From assembly GCA_965237595.1 (NCBI GenBank), contig CBDEFY010000004.1, positions 274,213 through 338,212 on the forward strand: a DNA stretch of 64,000 nt, in the 5' to 3' direction. The notes beneath the pieces were generated by a model. The model was not told the origin of the DNA. It saw only the letters and a program-made list of their open reading frames with translations, and searched no databases. Below, one piece after another: positions 1-9,990 of the stretch (position 1 is its first letter; every line of letters begins with the position of its first letter). A program made the position numbers and the translations under genes. This DNA is from Dehalococcoidia bacterium. Its GTDB lineage: Bacteria; Chloroflexota; Dehalococcoidia; Lucifugimonadales; UBA3495.

Positions 1-347
1 TCGATTCCCTTCTCCTGGGCTGGATCGTGCGGCCAATTTGGCGGATATCTAAGTCCTCGTGTGATCACCGTCGCCCCGTCTGACTCCCAGCGTCTGGTTT
101 GCTTTCGATGAGCAGCATAGGTGTGAGGAGCCTTGCTCGAGTCTGGACGTCCGGAATAGACATGCACAGATACCAAAGTGCAGGCTGCTCCTCCTGGACC
201 GTCTCAGCCTGCGATGAGACGTCCCAACTCCATCGGGTCGAACTGGCCATCCTTGCCGGACTGAGAATTGGGGAACAAGCAAGCGAGAGCACGCCTATAT
301 GCGTTCTGTGCGTCTATAAACAGGGCGAGCCTCAGGGGCATCGTCAT
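1..347 (-). pseudogene. NYN/LabA (DUF88) PIN-like nuclease, in-frame TGA at codon 48, runs off window
   Basis: Manual translation from ATG 347: MTMPLRLALFIDAQNAY...LIAG*DGPG...VHVYSGRP...GLRYP...QEKGI(D); FIDxxN and EKGxD are NYN motifs; TGA at 206-204. Confidence 0.8.
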
Positions 348-369
348 GACCTAGCATTGCTCCGGAGGC

Positions 370-460
370 AAAAAAATAACCTCGCCATCGGCTCGGGCAT
401 TGCCGAGTGGATGGCGAGGGAGAGTGAATTGAGAGTAGCACATATTGACGGAAACGACAA
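370..460 (-). promoter_or_regulatory. Sigma70 promoter plus structured leader RNA/terminator upstream of NYN gene
   Basis: TTGTCG (460-455)-17 nt-TACTCT (437-432); 10-bp stem CCTCGCCATC/GATGGCGAGG with inner CTCGG/CCGAG stem, followed by TTATTTTTTT on minus strand. Confidence 0.65.
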
Positions 461-484
461 TATGACTGACCAGCGGGTAGTGTC

Positions 485-1333
485 TCAGTTTGAATGCTGT
501 TCAATTAGTTCCACGATCCAGTCTAGCGACTTAGGTTCATTGGCCAACCCAGCAGCCATCGCTGGCGTGTCGCCTTGCAAAGACTTGTGCGGGCGGCAGA
601 AGTTGTAGAACACGAAATAAAGAGCTAGGGCGTAGCAGTGGTTTTGGAGTTTTTTACTAAAAGCATTGGTCAACCGGGTGAATCGCCTGAGTGACATTCG
701 TGTGGTCAGATTATGCCGCTCCACTATCGAGGTACTGATTGAGTCCCAATCGGGGTCTCCGACAACCGGAATCTTGTTAGCGCCAATGCACTGCGCCGGG
801 CTGTATCGTCGTTGCGCCTCTAAGTTCGATGCAGGCCCGTAAATCTTCACTAACTGCGCATAGTCCACATCACCGCCAAAAGCGCCCTCTATAGCCTCCA
901 GGTAAGCCCTGTGACCATCTGAGGTTATCTGTACCCGGTTAGCCAGCCTAGACCGTAAATCGTCCATGAACTCTATAGCGTACTCGCCGCCGCGCCCTGG
1001 ACTAACGGCCCAGGAGAGAATGAGCTTGGAGTCCCGATCTATACCAGTCCAGGTCCATGCATCGCCAGCGCCTTGAGGGGCCGATACAGCATGGGGCACT
1101 GTTCTGGCCTTGGCGTAGCAGAAGGCCCAAATCTCGTCAACTTCAATCCGGACGGCCGGAACGTCCCGAACCGCTTCATCGTGGAACTTCTGGCAGGCTT
1201 CCCCGGCGTCTACCAAGAGCTTTGTCACCGTGTTGATGCTGACATCCGCCACACGGGAGATTGACCGCATCGAGGAGCCTTCAACCAGCATGTGGAGTAT
1301 CTGCGTCCGCTTGGCTATTGCTAGTTTGTTCAT
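485..1333 (-). CDS. IS1-family DDE transposase
   Basis: MNKL...HTH ([16 protein letters not shown]), [21 protein letters not shown]...RFTRLT, TPAMAAG. Confidence 0.9.
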   Translation of the reverse strand: MNKLAIAKRTQILHMLVEGSSMRSISRVADVSINTVTKLLVDAGEACQKFHDEAVRDVPAVRIEVDEIWAFCYAKARTVPHAVSAPQGAGDAWTWTGIDRDSKLILSWAVSPGRGGEYAIEFMDDLRSRLANRVQITSDGHRAYLEAIEGAFGGDVDYAQLVKIYGPASNLEAQRRYSPAQCIGANKIPVVGDPDWDSISTSIVERHNLTTRMSLRRFTRLTNAFSKKLQNHCYALALYFVFYNFCRPHKSLQGDTPAMAAGLANEPKSLDWIVELIEQHSN

Positions 1334-1382
1334 GCCTAAAGTATACCATAATGCTAGCAGAATGGCAAGGATTTCAGGCACG

Positions 1383-1411
1383 AAAAAGCCCCGGACCGAA
1401 CATCCGGGGCT
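1383..1411 (-). terminator. Rho-independent terminator between passenger operon and transposase
   Basis: AGCCCCGGA/TCCGGGGCT stem followed by TTTTT on minus strand. Confidence 0.7.
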
Positions 1412-1439
1412 GGCTACAGGTGTGGTGTAGAATGGTTGG

Positions 1440-1640
1440 CTACGACGGCGGGAACAAGTCCTCGTCCTCCAACCAACCGTACCGATGGGCCACACGCACC
1501 CATAGACGTTGGTTCTGAGACGCGTCGCGTCGCACCTCCTCCAAGAGGGTCTGCTGTCGCTCGGCAATAGCCTCCAACAATCGCAGACGGCCCTCATGGC
1601 CAGTAATCATTTCTTCAAGGGATTCCGCTCGTTCCACCAT
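1440..1640 (-). CDS. Small coiled-coil hypothetical protein (IS passenger)
   Basis: 66-aa ORF starting 1 nt after the upstream stop; heptad pattern. Confidence 0.65.
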   Translation of the reverse strand: MVERAESLEEMITGHEGRLRLLEAIAERQQTLLEEVRRDASQNQRLWVRVAHRYGWLEDEDLFPPS

Positions 1641-1641
1641 A

Positions 1642-1851
1642 CTAACCCCAGCGAGCGGCCGCCGCCTTGCCCGCCAGCGCCTTCCGCTCCTCCGGTGTCA
1701 TGGACTCCGCCCGTGCCTTGCCGCCGTTTACCTTGCCCTGCCGGTTCTTCGGCAGGGCCTCCTCGATCTCCCCGGTGGCGATCTTGGCCACCATCACAGC
1801 CGCGCCTATGGTGTCCGCCGGTCTTTTTTCTCCGTTAGGTCCTCTTGGCAT
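1642..1851 (-). CDS. Small basic protein of the MPRGPxGEKRPAD family (often labelled RNA-binding/histone H1-like)
   Basis: MPRGPNGEKRPADTIGAAVMVAKIATGE...GGKARAESMTPEERKALAGKAAAARWG; RBS GGAGG. Confidence 0.8.
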   Translation of the reverse strand: MPRGPNGEKRPADTIGAAVMVAKIATGEIEEALPKNRQGKVNGGKARAESMTPEERKALAGKAAAARWG

Positions 1852-1860
1852 GACGACCTC

Positions 1861-2139
1861 CTACAGTCTAGCGATTGTGGGATTCCCCCATTCGTCCACC
1901 TGAACTAGTTCTCGCTTCTCGCCGCCAAGCGCTACTAGAGCTATCCACACGATGCCCCAGAAACCGAGTGTAACAATGGTGATTATTAAGTGAAGTATAT
2001 GGTTGACGGCATGCCCCCGTAGTAAGACCGCCTGGAAATCGCTCTGTGATTCCACCCGACGACCCTGGCTGAGCAAACTGCCAATCTGTCTGGAAAGGAT
2101 CTCTCTGCGCTCATCAACGGATTTGCGGTTAGCTTCCAA
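1861..2139 (-). CDS. Small membrane protein (IS passenger)
   Basis: VESQSDFQAVL...NHILHLIITIVTLGFWGIVWI; TTG start 2139 lies downstream of the promoter and has an RBS. Confidence 0.7.
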   Translation of the reverse strand: MEANRKSVDERREILSRQIGSLLSQGRRVESQSDFQAVLLRGHAVNHILHLIITIVTLGFWGIVWIALVALGGEKRELVQVDEWGNPTIARL

Positions 2140-2161
2140 CCGGACCCCCTTTCGCGCCGGA

Positions 2162-2191
2162 ATTCTACCCCTTGTCAAGGGGGGATGTCAA
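2162..2191 (-). promoter_or_regulatory. Near-consensus sigma70 promoter with palindromic spacer
   Basis: TTGACA-18 nt-TAGAAT; spacer holds palindrome CCCCTTGACAAGGGG. Confidence 0.75.
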
Positions 2192-2696
2192 CAATTTGGG
2201 TAACGGCCTAAATAGCAAACTGAGACACTACCGACCAGCGGGTACCGTTCAGCCTTGGAGGATAAAGCCATGGTAGTCTGTCGGACCCCTGAACGCTCTC
2301 CGGTCCCTCCCACCACCCACGTCTGGATCAACGCCAGCCGGAAGGTCGCCGCTGAACTTCTGGAGAGCACCAAGGCCGAGAAAGATGCCGCGAAGGGCTG
2401 ACCTGGACGGGATGCAGCGGTGATACTGGCCGGACTACCGTGCGAATCAAGCTTGGGGTCAGACACCACCAGGCGGGTTCGATACTCTCCCTGTGGGCCT
2501 ATTTTGACGGTAGACAGAACCATCTTTGAGATGCGGCTGGGAATGTGAGACTCACCAAGGGCTGCTGCCGCATGATTATGACAGGATGGCAGCGCCGGCG
2601 GCCATGAATGCACCATTTCCAGACTATCAGGCTTGGGGATCGCCCCGCCAGTGGCCAGAGAATGTACCATCCAGCGCCATACAGGAAGTTGCCATC

Positions 2697-2961
2697 ATGG
2701 TAGCTACCGACCGAGTGAGGGCGCTCTTCGCCGACGCCCGGGACCTTCAGGCCGATGCTCTGGAGATGCTGGAGCAGGGCCGCATCCGCAACGCTGCGGA
2801 GAAGGCCTGTGCGCCGCTACTACACACGGCAGGGCCACCTGCAGGGGGACTGCTTCTACGCCGGCCTCTGCGAGCCCATCGAGGAGACTGAGCGGCGGAT
2901 CCGGGAGACGTCCGACTACATCGACGACGCCGAGCGTCTGGCTGATAGACACGACCAATAA
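2697..2961 (+). pseudogene. PaREP1/HEPN-like protein with internal deletion/frameshift
   Basis: ADALEMLEQGRIRNAAEKA in one frame, then GHLQGDCFY...ETSDYIDDAERL in another. Confidence 0.55.
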
Positions 2962-3009
2962 CCTACCACAGCCCTGGTCGACGCGGGGGAGATCGACCCC
3001 GAAGGAGAC

Positions 3010-3389
3010 GTGGAGGCCCAGTTCCTGGAGTGGCGCCAGGTCCATGAGCAGGTGGTCTCGGGCGAGGTCCACTACAAGGCCATTCTCGAGGCCGCCCGGA
3101 TACGGAAGCGGAGCTTCGACCGCGGCTACCAAGCCGGTTGTGCCGCCATGTTGGGGGGCCACCCCCCGCCGGCCGACGACCAGGGTGTCTGCGACCACGA
3201 CACGCCCTGCGGCTGCTACGCCGAAGGGCACGCTGCCGGCATGGCCGCGGCGACCCCCAAACGGCGGTCCAGCCCGTTGACCGACAATGTTAGGGCCGAT
3301 GATTGCCGTCAGGCCCGCCCGGATGACGATTCGCTCGATCATCCGCGTCCGTTCCACGGAGTGTCCGACATGCCGGCGCCGGTGGGCAG
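3010..3389 (+). CDS. Hypothetical protein, 3' end cut by IS21
   Basis: GC3-rich ORF with CDH..PCGC motif; RBS GGAG. Confidence 0.4.
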
Positions 3390-4545
3390 TGTAAACGGCG
3401 GAGTAATAATGTGCCACAGAGGCGGTAGAACCGCGGCTGTGGCGGCGGTTTAAAATTGTACCGCCCGAGGTCTTCTCTCTAAGCTTAAGAATCAGAGCTA
3501 GGAGGGGAGGCCGGAGGGATGTACACCGTGGATCTATACCGGAGAGTTCGTCGGGCCCACTTCGTAGAAGGGATGAGCATCCGGGAGGTGGCCCGGGTGT
3601 TTGGGCTGCACCGGGATACGGTCAACAAGATGCTGGAGTACTCGGTGCCTCCCGGGTACCGGCGGGAACAGCCACCTCGTCGACCGAAGCTCGACCCGTA
3701 CAAGGGAGTGATCGACCGTATCCTGGAGGACGATCAATCGCTGCCGAAGAAGCAGCGTCACACAGCCAGACGTATCTATGACCGGCTGAGAGACGAGCAC
3801 GGGTTTGTGGGCAAGTACACGATAGTCAAGGACTACGTGCGGGAGCATCGTCGCCAGACCCGAGAAATGTTCGTGCCGCTGACGCATTCTCCAGGACACG
3901 CCCAGTGTGACTTCGGCGAAGCGTGGGTGGTCATCGGTGGAGCGGAGCAGAAAGCCCACTACTTTGCCATGGATCTCCCTCACAGCGATGCGTGCTATGT
4001 GAAGGCGTATCCAGCGGAGACCACTGAGGCTTTCTGTGATGGACACGTTTCCGCCTTTGCATTTCTGGGCGGGGTGCCCCAGAGCATTCTGTACGACAAC
4101 ACCACCCTGGCGGTGGCCAGGATACTGGGGGATGGCCGCCGCCAGCGGACGAGAGTGTTCTCCGAGCTGCAGTCCCACTACCTGTTCGATGACCGGTTTG
4201 GCCGTCCGGGCAAGGGAAATGATAAGGGAAAGGTGGAAGGTCTGGTGGGGTATGCTCGCCGGAACTTCCTGGTGCCCATCCCCTCTTTACGAGAACTTCG
4301 AGGGCCTGAACGCCTACCTAGAGGTGCAGTGCCGCAAGCGGCTCGATGCCCGTCTGCGAGGTCATGACGAGACGATAGGAGAGCGACTGGAGCGGGACCT
4401 GGTGGCCCTGCTCCCCCTTCCGGTAATCGCCTACGATGCCAGCGACAAGCACGCGACCCGGGTCAGCTCTCTGTCACTGGTCCGGTACCGGACCAACGAC
4501 TACTCTGTGCCGGTGGCCTACGGTCATCGGGACGTGCTGGTCCGT
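3390..4545 (+). mobile_element. istA: Truncated IS21 element (left end plus frameshifted partial istA from 3519)
   Basis: Left end TGTAAACGGCGGAG with repeated GGCGG motifs; HAQCDFGE, ILYDN, KGKVE; frameshift near 4285; no istB or right end. Confidence 0.9.
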
Positions 4546-4695
4546 GCCGGTGGCTCCTGAGACGCCGATGTCTCGGTAGACGTTGTCCCGCTGGACTCCG
4601 GCCTCTCGGAACCGGAGTTCCTGGCTGAAGGGGTCCATTCCGGCGACGCCATCCTGCAGGTGGCGGCTGGTCCGGATATATCCGAAGAGGGTCAT
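4540..4695 (-). pseudogene. Serine resolvase N-terminal fragment
   Basis: MTLFGYIRTSR...SQELRFREAGV...YRDIGVSG, fused to the istA remnant. Confidence 0.75.
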
Positions 4696-5004
4696 GCGGT
4701 CAGGTTACGTTTTATCCGCACTGGCCGCAACACGGAAATGACACCCGACCGGGGTGCGGAACAATCGGGGGTTCTTCCGCTGAGACCGGCGGGTGGGGCG
4801 AGAAAATTGCGAAACCAGAGGAAGGACAGACCAGTCCTGATGTCCCGAGCCCGACGGCCCGAAACGCGGGCATAGCGATGCTTCTATATGACGGTCCGGC
4901 GGTCCAGGGGGGAGACGTGGGCCAGGGTGCCCGCCGGTCAGCCGTGGCACCCCGGGGTCCGCTTTTTCCTTGTCATCATGCTCCCGGCATGCCATACTCC
5001 TCCC

Positions 5005-5238
5005 ATGGCTAATCTACAAGTGAAGAACATACCGGATGCCCTACACGACCGCCTTCGCGCCTACGCCCGCGAGAGCAACAGCACCATAGGTGAAGCTGTG
5101 CTCCTTGCTGTTGAGCGGGAGTTGGCTGGCTGGGAATGGCGGAAACGTCTGGCTCAGCGCCCCCAGACCGACCTCGGTATTGAAGCCACAGAACTGCTCT
5201 GGGAAGAACGTTCGCTGCGGGACCAGGAGACGGATTGA
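5005..5238 (+). CDS. FitA/VapB-like ribbon-helix-helix antitoxin
   Basis: MANLQVKNIPDALHDRLRAYA; overlaps toxin start by 4 nt. Confidence 0.85.
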   Translation: MANLQVKNIPDALHDRLRAYARESNSTIGEAVLLAVERELAGWEWRKRLAQRPQTDLGIEATELLWEERSLRDQETD

Positions 5239-5636
5239 CCGGACTGGTTGTCGATGCCTCGGTGGCAGTAGAGTATCTCCTGAGGACCCCCCTGGGCATG
5301 ACGGTGGCCAACACCCTGGACCGTGCGTCTTTGGTCGCGCCCGAACTGATGGACGCCGAGGTTCTGTCGGTGCTGCGGCGTGCGGTGTTGAACGGGGTAC
5401 TCGAAGAGGCACGGGCCGAGATGGCCGTGGAGGATCTTGCCCATTGGCCGGTGGACCGTATCTCCCACCAATCCCTGGCTGCATTGGCCTGGAGATACTA
5501 CCGGAATGTCAGCGCCTATGATGCCTTCTACGTCGCCGTTGCCCGTGTCCACGGAATCCCACTGATGACCGCCGACGGGCGGCTTTCACGGGCGCCGGGC
5601 TTGGGTGTGGTGGTGCAGCATGTGCGCATCGGATGA
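5235..5636 (+). CDS. vapC: VapC PIN-domain toxin
   Basis: VVDASVAV, E, SAYDAFYVAVA, LMTADGRL. Confidence 0.9.
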   Translation: MTGLVVDASVAVEYLLRTPLGMTVANTLDRASLVAPELMDAEVLSVLRRAVLNGVLEEARAEMAVEDLAHWPVDRISHQSLAALAWRYYRNVSAYDAFYVAVARVHGIPLMTADGRLSRAPGLGVVVQHVRIG

Positions 5637-5820
5637 CCAGGGTCCTTCGTCGAGACGGAAACCAATCCCCTAAGATCTATTTTGCCGTCCCATGGGTACA
5701 CAACTACCCAATCACCCCCAAACCGCCGTAAAACGCCGCCCTGCAGCCCCATCGGGACCATACGGAGGGAAAGGACTTATCGCCTGATATCCCTTGGCGG
5801 GACCTGTCTTGGACCTGTCT

Positions 5821-5990
5821 CTGGGCTACCGGACCCCGGCCCATGTGTTCCACGGGGACCAGACCGTCAGGGAGGAAAAGTCGAAAGAGAGGAGGGGTTC
5901 ACCGGAACCGGCGTTGCTATCGTATACGAGAGCGATGGTCCCTCCACCTAACTTCGCCTTAATTCTGTCCAACTAATGGGGTCCACCTCA
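5821..5990 (+). mobile_element. IS3-family right-end remnant
   Basis: LGYRTPA orfB tail and IR CTGTCCAACTAATGGGGTCCACCTCA, matching the IS3 ends at 30464 and 32329. Confidence 0.8.
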
Positions 5991-6277
5991 GAGATGCTCA
6001 ACTGCGAACGCTCCAGTGCAGATTGAAAGACTGGCGTGGCGTCATGGCCAAGGGGCAAGTCTACGCCGCATCTGCTGAACCTGCATCGGAACGGAGCGAG
6101 AAGGTGGAATCAGTCCTGGTTGGGGTGGGAAATAAGGGCTAGAATTTCGGTAACATGTTCTGGTGAGGCAATGCGCCGGCAGAAGTAGTTGACGCTGAAC
6201 AAGCCCATTGAACACAAGACCGACCGGCTCAGATATTGTTCAGAGGATTCCTAGAAGGCAAAAATGGAACCGCTCGG

Positions 6278-7275
6278 TTAATTCGCAATCGGACAAAAGC
6301 CCTGCTCTCTCCACCATTTGGAGGCTCGGCTGTTGGGCATCAATAGGTCAATCTCTTTTGCTTTTCTGCCGCCGCGGCCATGGTGTGCTGAAATCCCGGG
6401 GTAAGGAGCGGTCGTGTGCCGCGCAAGCAGTTGCCGGTCAGGCCAAGTTCTTCTGAGTGCCGCGATACACATTTCCTAAGTCCGCCTTCGTTGGTCACTG
6501 CGTACGAGAATCGCCGCGCCCCTTTTCAGATGTCCCTTGGATTCTTCTAGTACGTCAGTAATCAGTTCTTGGTATTCCATTTGGTTTTTGAACCGTGCTG
6601 ATTTGTGCCAGTTCTTCCGAAATGAATATCCAAGCATCCACAACCTAATCCAGTGGTCGTTCCAATAGTCGGTGACGCTACAGTAAGGAGGTGATGTCAA
6701 TAACAGTGCTGCGTCTGCCGGGGTTTGATGTTGAAGTTCTTGGCGAGAATCGCCAAGAATGGTTGTTCCTGGGGCCTGTTCCGGTAGGCCGAATTCGTAG
6801 CGGCGTCGGATTTTATTTTCCAACATGGCTACGGGGTCTACGTCTGGCGGTTTGAGTAGTCCCTTGATAGTCCACCACTTGACTGCATAAGTAGGGGAAT
6901 ACGCGATAGTTGGTGACATCGAGTTTGACAGGCCACCGCCAAGTTTATCTTGCATGTGCAGCGTTATGAATGCCATCAGAGTACGGTCCACCACGGAGTT
7001 GCTCCAATCGAGTTCACGACGGGCAGCTTTCAAGAGCGCCCGGACCTGGGGTGCCCATGCCATAACCTCAAACTTGTTGCGACCGCGTCGGTCGCTCGGT
7101 CTCCGCGCTTTCGCTACTTCGGATAGCCGCAATGTGACCTCTTCAGGTGTGGAAGCTGGCTGGAGCTTGGCTGTTGCGAAAAGCCATGCAATTAGGTTGA
7201 CGTCAATACCTAACGCAGGTCTGCCCAGGACTGTGGCGGTAAATGGGGCATTCCCTCGGCCACAGAACGGGTCCC
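6278..7275 (-). pseudogene. N4-C/N6-A DNA methyltransferase, 5'-deleted, in-frame TAG at 6478-6476
   Basis: DPFCGRG (7273) in frame with LLTSPPY; frame continues after TAG as EMCIAAL... Confidence 0.8.
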
Positions 7276-7652
7276 GCGTTGCTGCCTGGCATAATCGCCG
7301 CTAAGCTCTTTCCATCTTCCGTTTCCCTAAGTTCTCTTGGGTCTACTGACCGACTGGAAGGTAGCCTTGGAAGCGACGCCAACTTTTCGAGATTGATGAC
7401 CACGAGGCCGAGCGATACGACTCCGGCTTGGGTGTCTGGAAGCCTACCAGGGAAGTGGTCGTATACTTGGGAACCGTCTATGGCTACTAAGTGAGTTCGC
7501 GACCGGCCGGCCGGGCTCGGCCTAAAGGGCGGAAGGTTTAGTACCGTGTTCGGGCTTGGAGGTTGCAATCGAGCGCGGAAATCTTCGAGTTCGTCGCTGT
7601 CGGCTAAAGCCTGTATGGCAGCCAGTCCGGCCCTTTCATCCGCGTAAGGCAT
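7276..7652 (-). pseudogene. NurA-like nuclease N-terminal fragment
   Basis: MPY..E start and LVAIDGS motif; abuts the methyltransferase fragment out of frame. Confidence 0.65.
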
Positions 7653-8047
7653 TGGGTCTCCTATTCGTGCACCCCTCGCGTAATAGTGAGTAGCAAAATC
7701 AGGCGTGGGGGAAGGCCGCGTGGGTCATCCGGTGAAGGCCGGGGAGGCAAGCGCGGGGGACCCGGGGTGGTCCGGGAGGAGGACGGAGGAAGGAAGACTC
7801 TTCCGGGTGTGGTCCCTGGGCTTGGTCCGCTTCCCAGGGTCAATGACCTCGGAAACCGACATGGTGCTTCTGTTGCTTTGCCCGCTTCTCCGGGTCGCCC
7901 CGGTACCTGGTGTACCTGTACTCCAATGCTCCGGTGTGGTTGGGTCCGATGCCTCAGCTATCGGGGCTCCGGCCCAGCCCTTCAGGTCCAGTCCCAGCGG
8001 CAATCAGCCAGCGCCACTGAAACACGGCGGGCTCGTAATATCGCAAT

Positions 8048-8365
8048 TCAGCCCGCTGGTCTCGCCCCGTACCCCATCCGTTGAGCCAGAAGCTCCAATC
8101 CCTCGTCAACCAACTCAGACTTGCTTCGACCAGTTGTAGCAGCAGCCTGATGCAACCAATGGTAACGTTCTTCCCGAAACCTGATTGTCGTGCTGAAGGA
8201 CCCGCTCTGGTCCGGCTTACCTACCGATGTACGCCGCCACCGGACTTCGGTTGCCGGGGCTGTACTTCGCGGCTTATTCTGCTCTTCCGGCACGACGGTC
8301 AGCTCTGCTTCTGGTTGGTTGGTCTGCACATACCGTCTGCCCTTTCCTTTCGACACTGACGTCAT
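8048..8365 (-). CDS. ParG/CopG-like RHH partner of ParA
   Basis: Disordered N-terminus plus TTIRF...WLHQAAATTGRSKSELVDEGLELL; directly downstream of parA. Confidence 0.7.
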   Translation of the reverse strand: MTSVSKGKGRRYVQTNQPEAELTVVPEEQNKPRSTAPATEVRWRRTSVGKPDQSGSFSTTIRFREERYHWLHQAAATTGRSKSELVDEGLELLAQRMGYGARPAG

Positions 8366-8367
8366 AG

Positions 8368-9012
8368 TCACCTCGATCCCACATTGATTTGGCCGGCTAA
8401 CCAGGTCCACAGTGTCCGTATCTCAGCGGCTGCCTGACTCTCCGGTTCGTACTCGCACACCCCCACCCCCATCTCCGATGAATCTTGGAGCGACACCCAC
8501 CGGCTAATTCGAACCGGCGCCACAGAAAATTCCCCGGACTCCAGATCTTCCACTAAACCGTCCTGCCGCGCCCGTGACGGCCGCAGATTGTTAGGGACGA
8601 ACACCAACCGCCAGTTTCTGCTCTTAGCCATCCACCCCATGCGAGTCATAACCGTACGATCCTGTGCCGAGGTGCTGATCGGGGCGATCAGCAAATCCAT
8701 CCGATCCATGTACGCAGCCGAGAAGAATGTGTTGAATCCGGGGCAGTCGCATATGACCAAATCCACATCGTTCAGGCCGCTCATATCCAACTCATTCTCT
8801 GGAGGAGCGTCTATCCGCCGGGGCTCCGCCTCCCACAATGGTCGACCAGTCTCAGCCCGCCACATCGTGTGGTGCGTGGCCGACTGCTCTGGGTCCAGGT
8901 CCCACATCATCACCCGGAGGCCCGCATCTTGGGCGCGCTCAGCCATCTGGAAAGCCAGAAGAGTCTTTCCAGAGCCTCCCTTGAATCCAACAAAACCGAC
9001 GATGGGTGGCAT
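8368..9012 (-). CDS. parA: ParA-family ATPase (short, type Ib-like)
   Basis: KGGSGKT, DLDPEQS, VICDCPG, AAAEIRTLW. Confidence 0.9.
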   Translation of the reverse strand: MPPIVGFVGFKGGSGKTLLAFQMAERAQDAGLRVMMWDLDPEQSATHHTMWRAETGRPLWEAEPRRIDAPPENELDMSGLNDVDLVICDCPGFNTFFSAAYMDRMDLLIAPISTSAQDRTVMTRMGWMAKSRNWRLVFVPNNLRPSRARQDGLVEDLESGEFSVAPVRISRWVSLQDSSEMGVGVCEYEPESQAAAEIRTLWTWLAGQINVGSR

Positions 9013-9026
9013 GACGACGCCTCAAA

Positions 9027-9110
9027 CTGGGATATTGGCAAATGATAGCATTGCAATATTGGAATACGACGATGCGTTCCTACACCAGTTTCAGCGAGTT
9101 CACCGCGATT
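9027..9110. repeat. Degenerate 8-bp tandem repeats upstream of parA (putative centromere/operator)
   Basis: CTGGGATA TTGGCAAA TGATAGCA TTGCAATA TTGGAATA; related arrays at ~10199-10270 and ~10662-10700. Confidence 0.5.
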
Positions 9111-9705
9111 AACCACCAAGTACCGTAATGGGGAAAGTTGATCCCCACCCCTCAAGTAGCACAACCCCTGGGTCCACTGAGGCACTGACCTTGTTCGGCA
9201 TATCAGCCCTTAGCCGGCACGAGAAAAGTGGCCAGGACCACGATTACCTCGCAGCCGCGTCCACGCCTCTCAGATACAGTGTTTCCAGGCCAAGAAGCCC
9301 GTCGAAGGCGACAGCAGAAGAGATGGACTCCAAGTAGTCCAGGTCCAGCGCCTGAGGTTGGCCATCGCTGTGAAGGCCCCAGACATAAACACCCGGCCGC
9401 TGACCCCCAATGCCCGCAGACATTGGGGGTCACCGCCGGTGATGGACTGCCACGATGGGATTCTCAGGGTCTCGATGATCTGATATCGGTCCTCGGGGAC
9501 AGCATCCACAGATACCAACCCAACCGTCAGATATCGAGGCTACCTGAGCGACGTCGCCGGCGACTTCCGTCTCCATCAGGGACCCGCGGCGGTGGCCAGC
9601 GTCGACGTGACTCCGGCCGGGGAAACGAGCAGGTGGCGAGATACAGCAGCGCAGCTTCTCGGGCCGGGTGGATCAGGAGGATTGCATTTGGGAGGTCATG
9701 TTGGG

Positions 9706-9990
9706 TCACGGTGACACCCGCGTGGGGCTCTGCAGACGGTCCATAACCCAGGTCAGCCCATCCATCGCGTTGCAGTGATCCGCCCAACCGTCGAGGAGTT
9801 CATCAAGACCGCTGTACCATCTGTCCCTCGAGTCGACCGGCCCATCGGGTGGGAATGTGCCCAGGAGGAATACAGGGCCCGCGCCTACCAGGTAGACCGC
9901 GTAGATCTCCCCGGTGGTCCGGATGTAGAAGACACGCCAGGTGTGGCGCCAGGGTTGAAGATGCCAGCGAACCCCGTAGTCAGACTCCAC
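9706..9990 (-). CDS. Hypothetical protein
   Basis: Aromatic-rich ORF (DYGVRW..WRVFYIRTTGEIYAV); frame is open further upstream. Confidence 0.5.
   Translation of the reverse strand: MESDYGVRWHLQPWRHTWRVFYIRTTGEIYAVYLVGAGPVFLLGTFPPDGPVDSRDRWYSGLDELLDGWADHCNAMDGLTWVMDRLQSPTRVSP

Larger units (their letters stand above)
476..2232 (-). mobile_element. IS1-family element with passenger genes, 1757 bp
   Basis: Perfect 17-bp terminal IRs GGTAGTGTCTCAGTTTG (476-492 and 2216-2232); 8-bp TSD GACCAGCG (468-475, 2233-2240). Confidence 0.92.

Noticed and set aside
7725-8045. Possible cytosine methyltransferase start (CFSGAG*LPLGLDLKGW)
   Set aside because: Only a short motif-I resemblance with a stop; no PCQ or ENV motifs follow.
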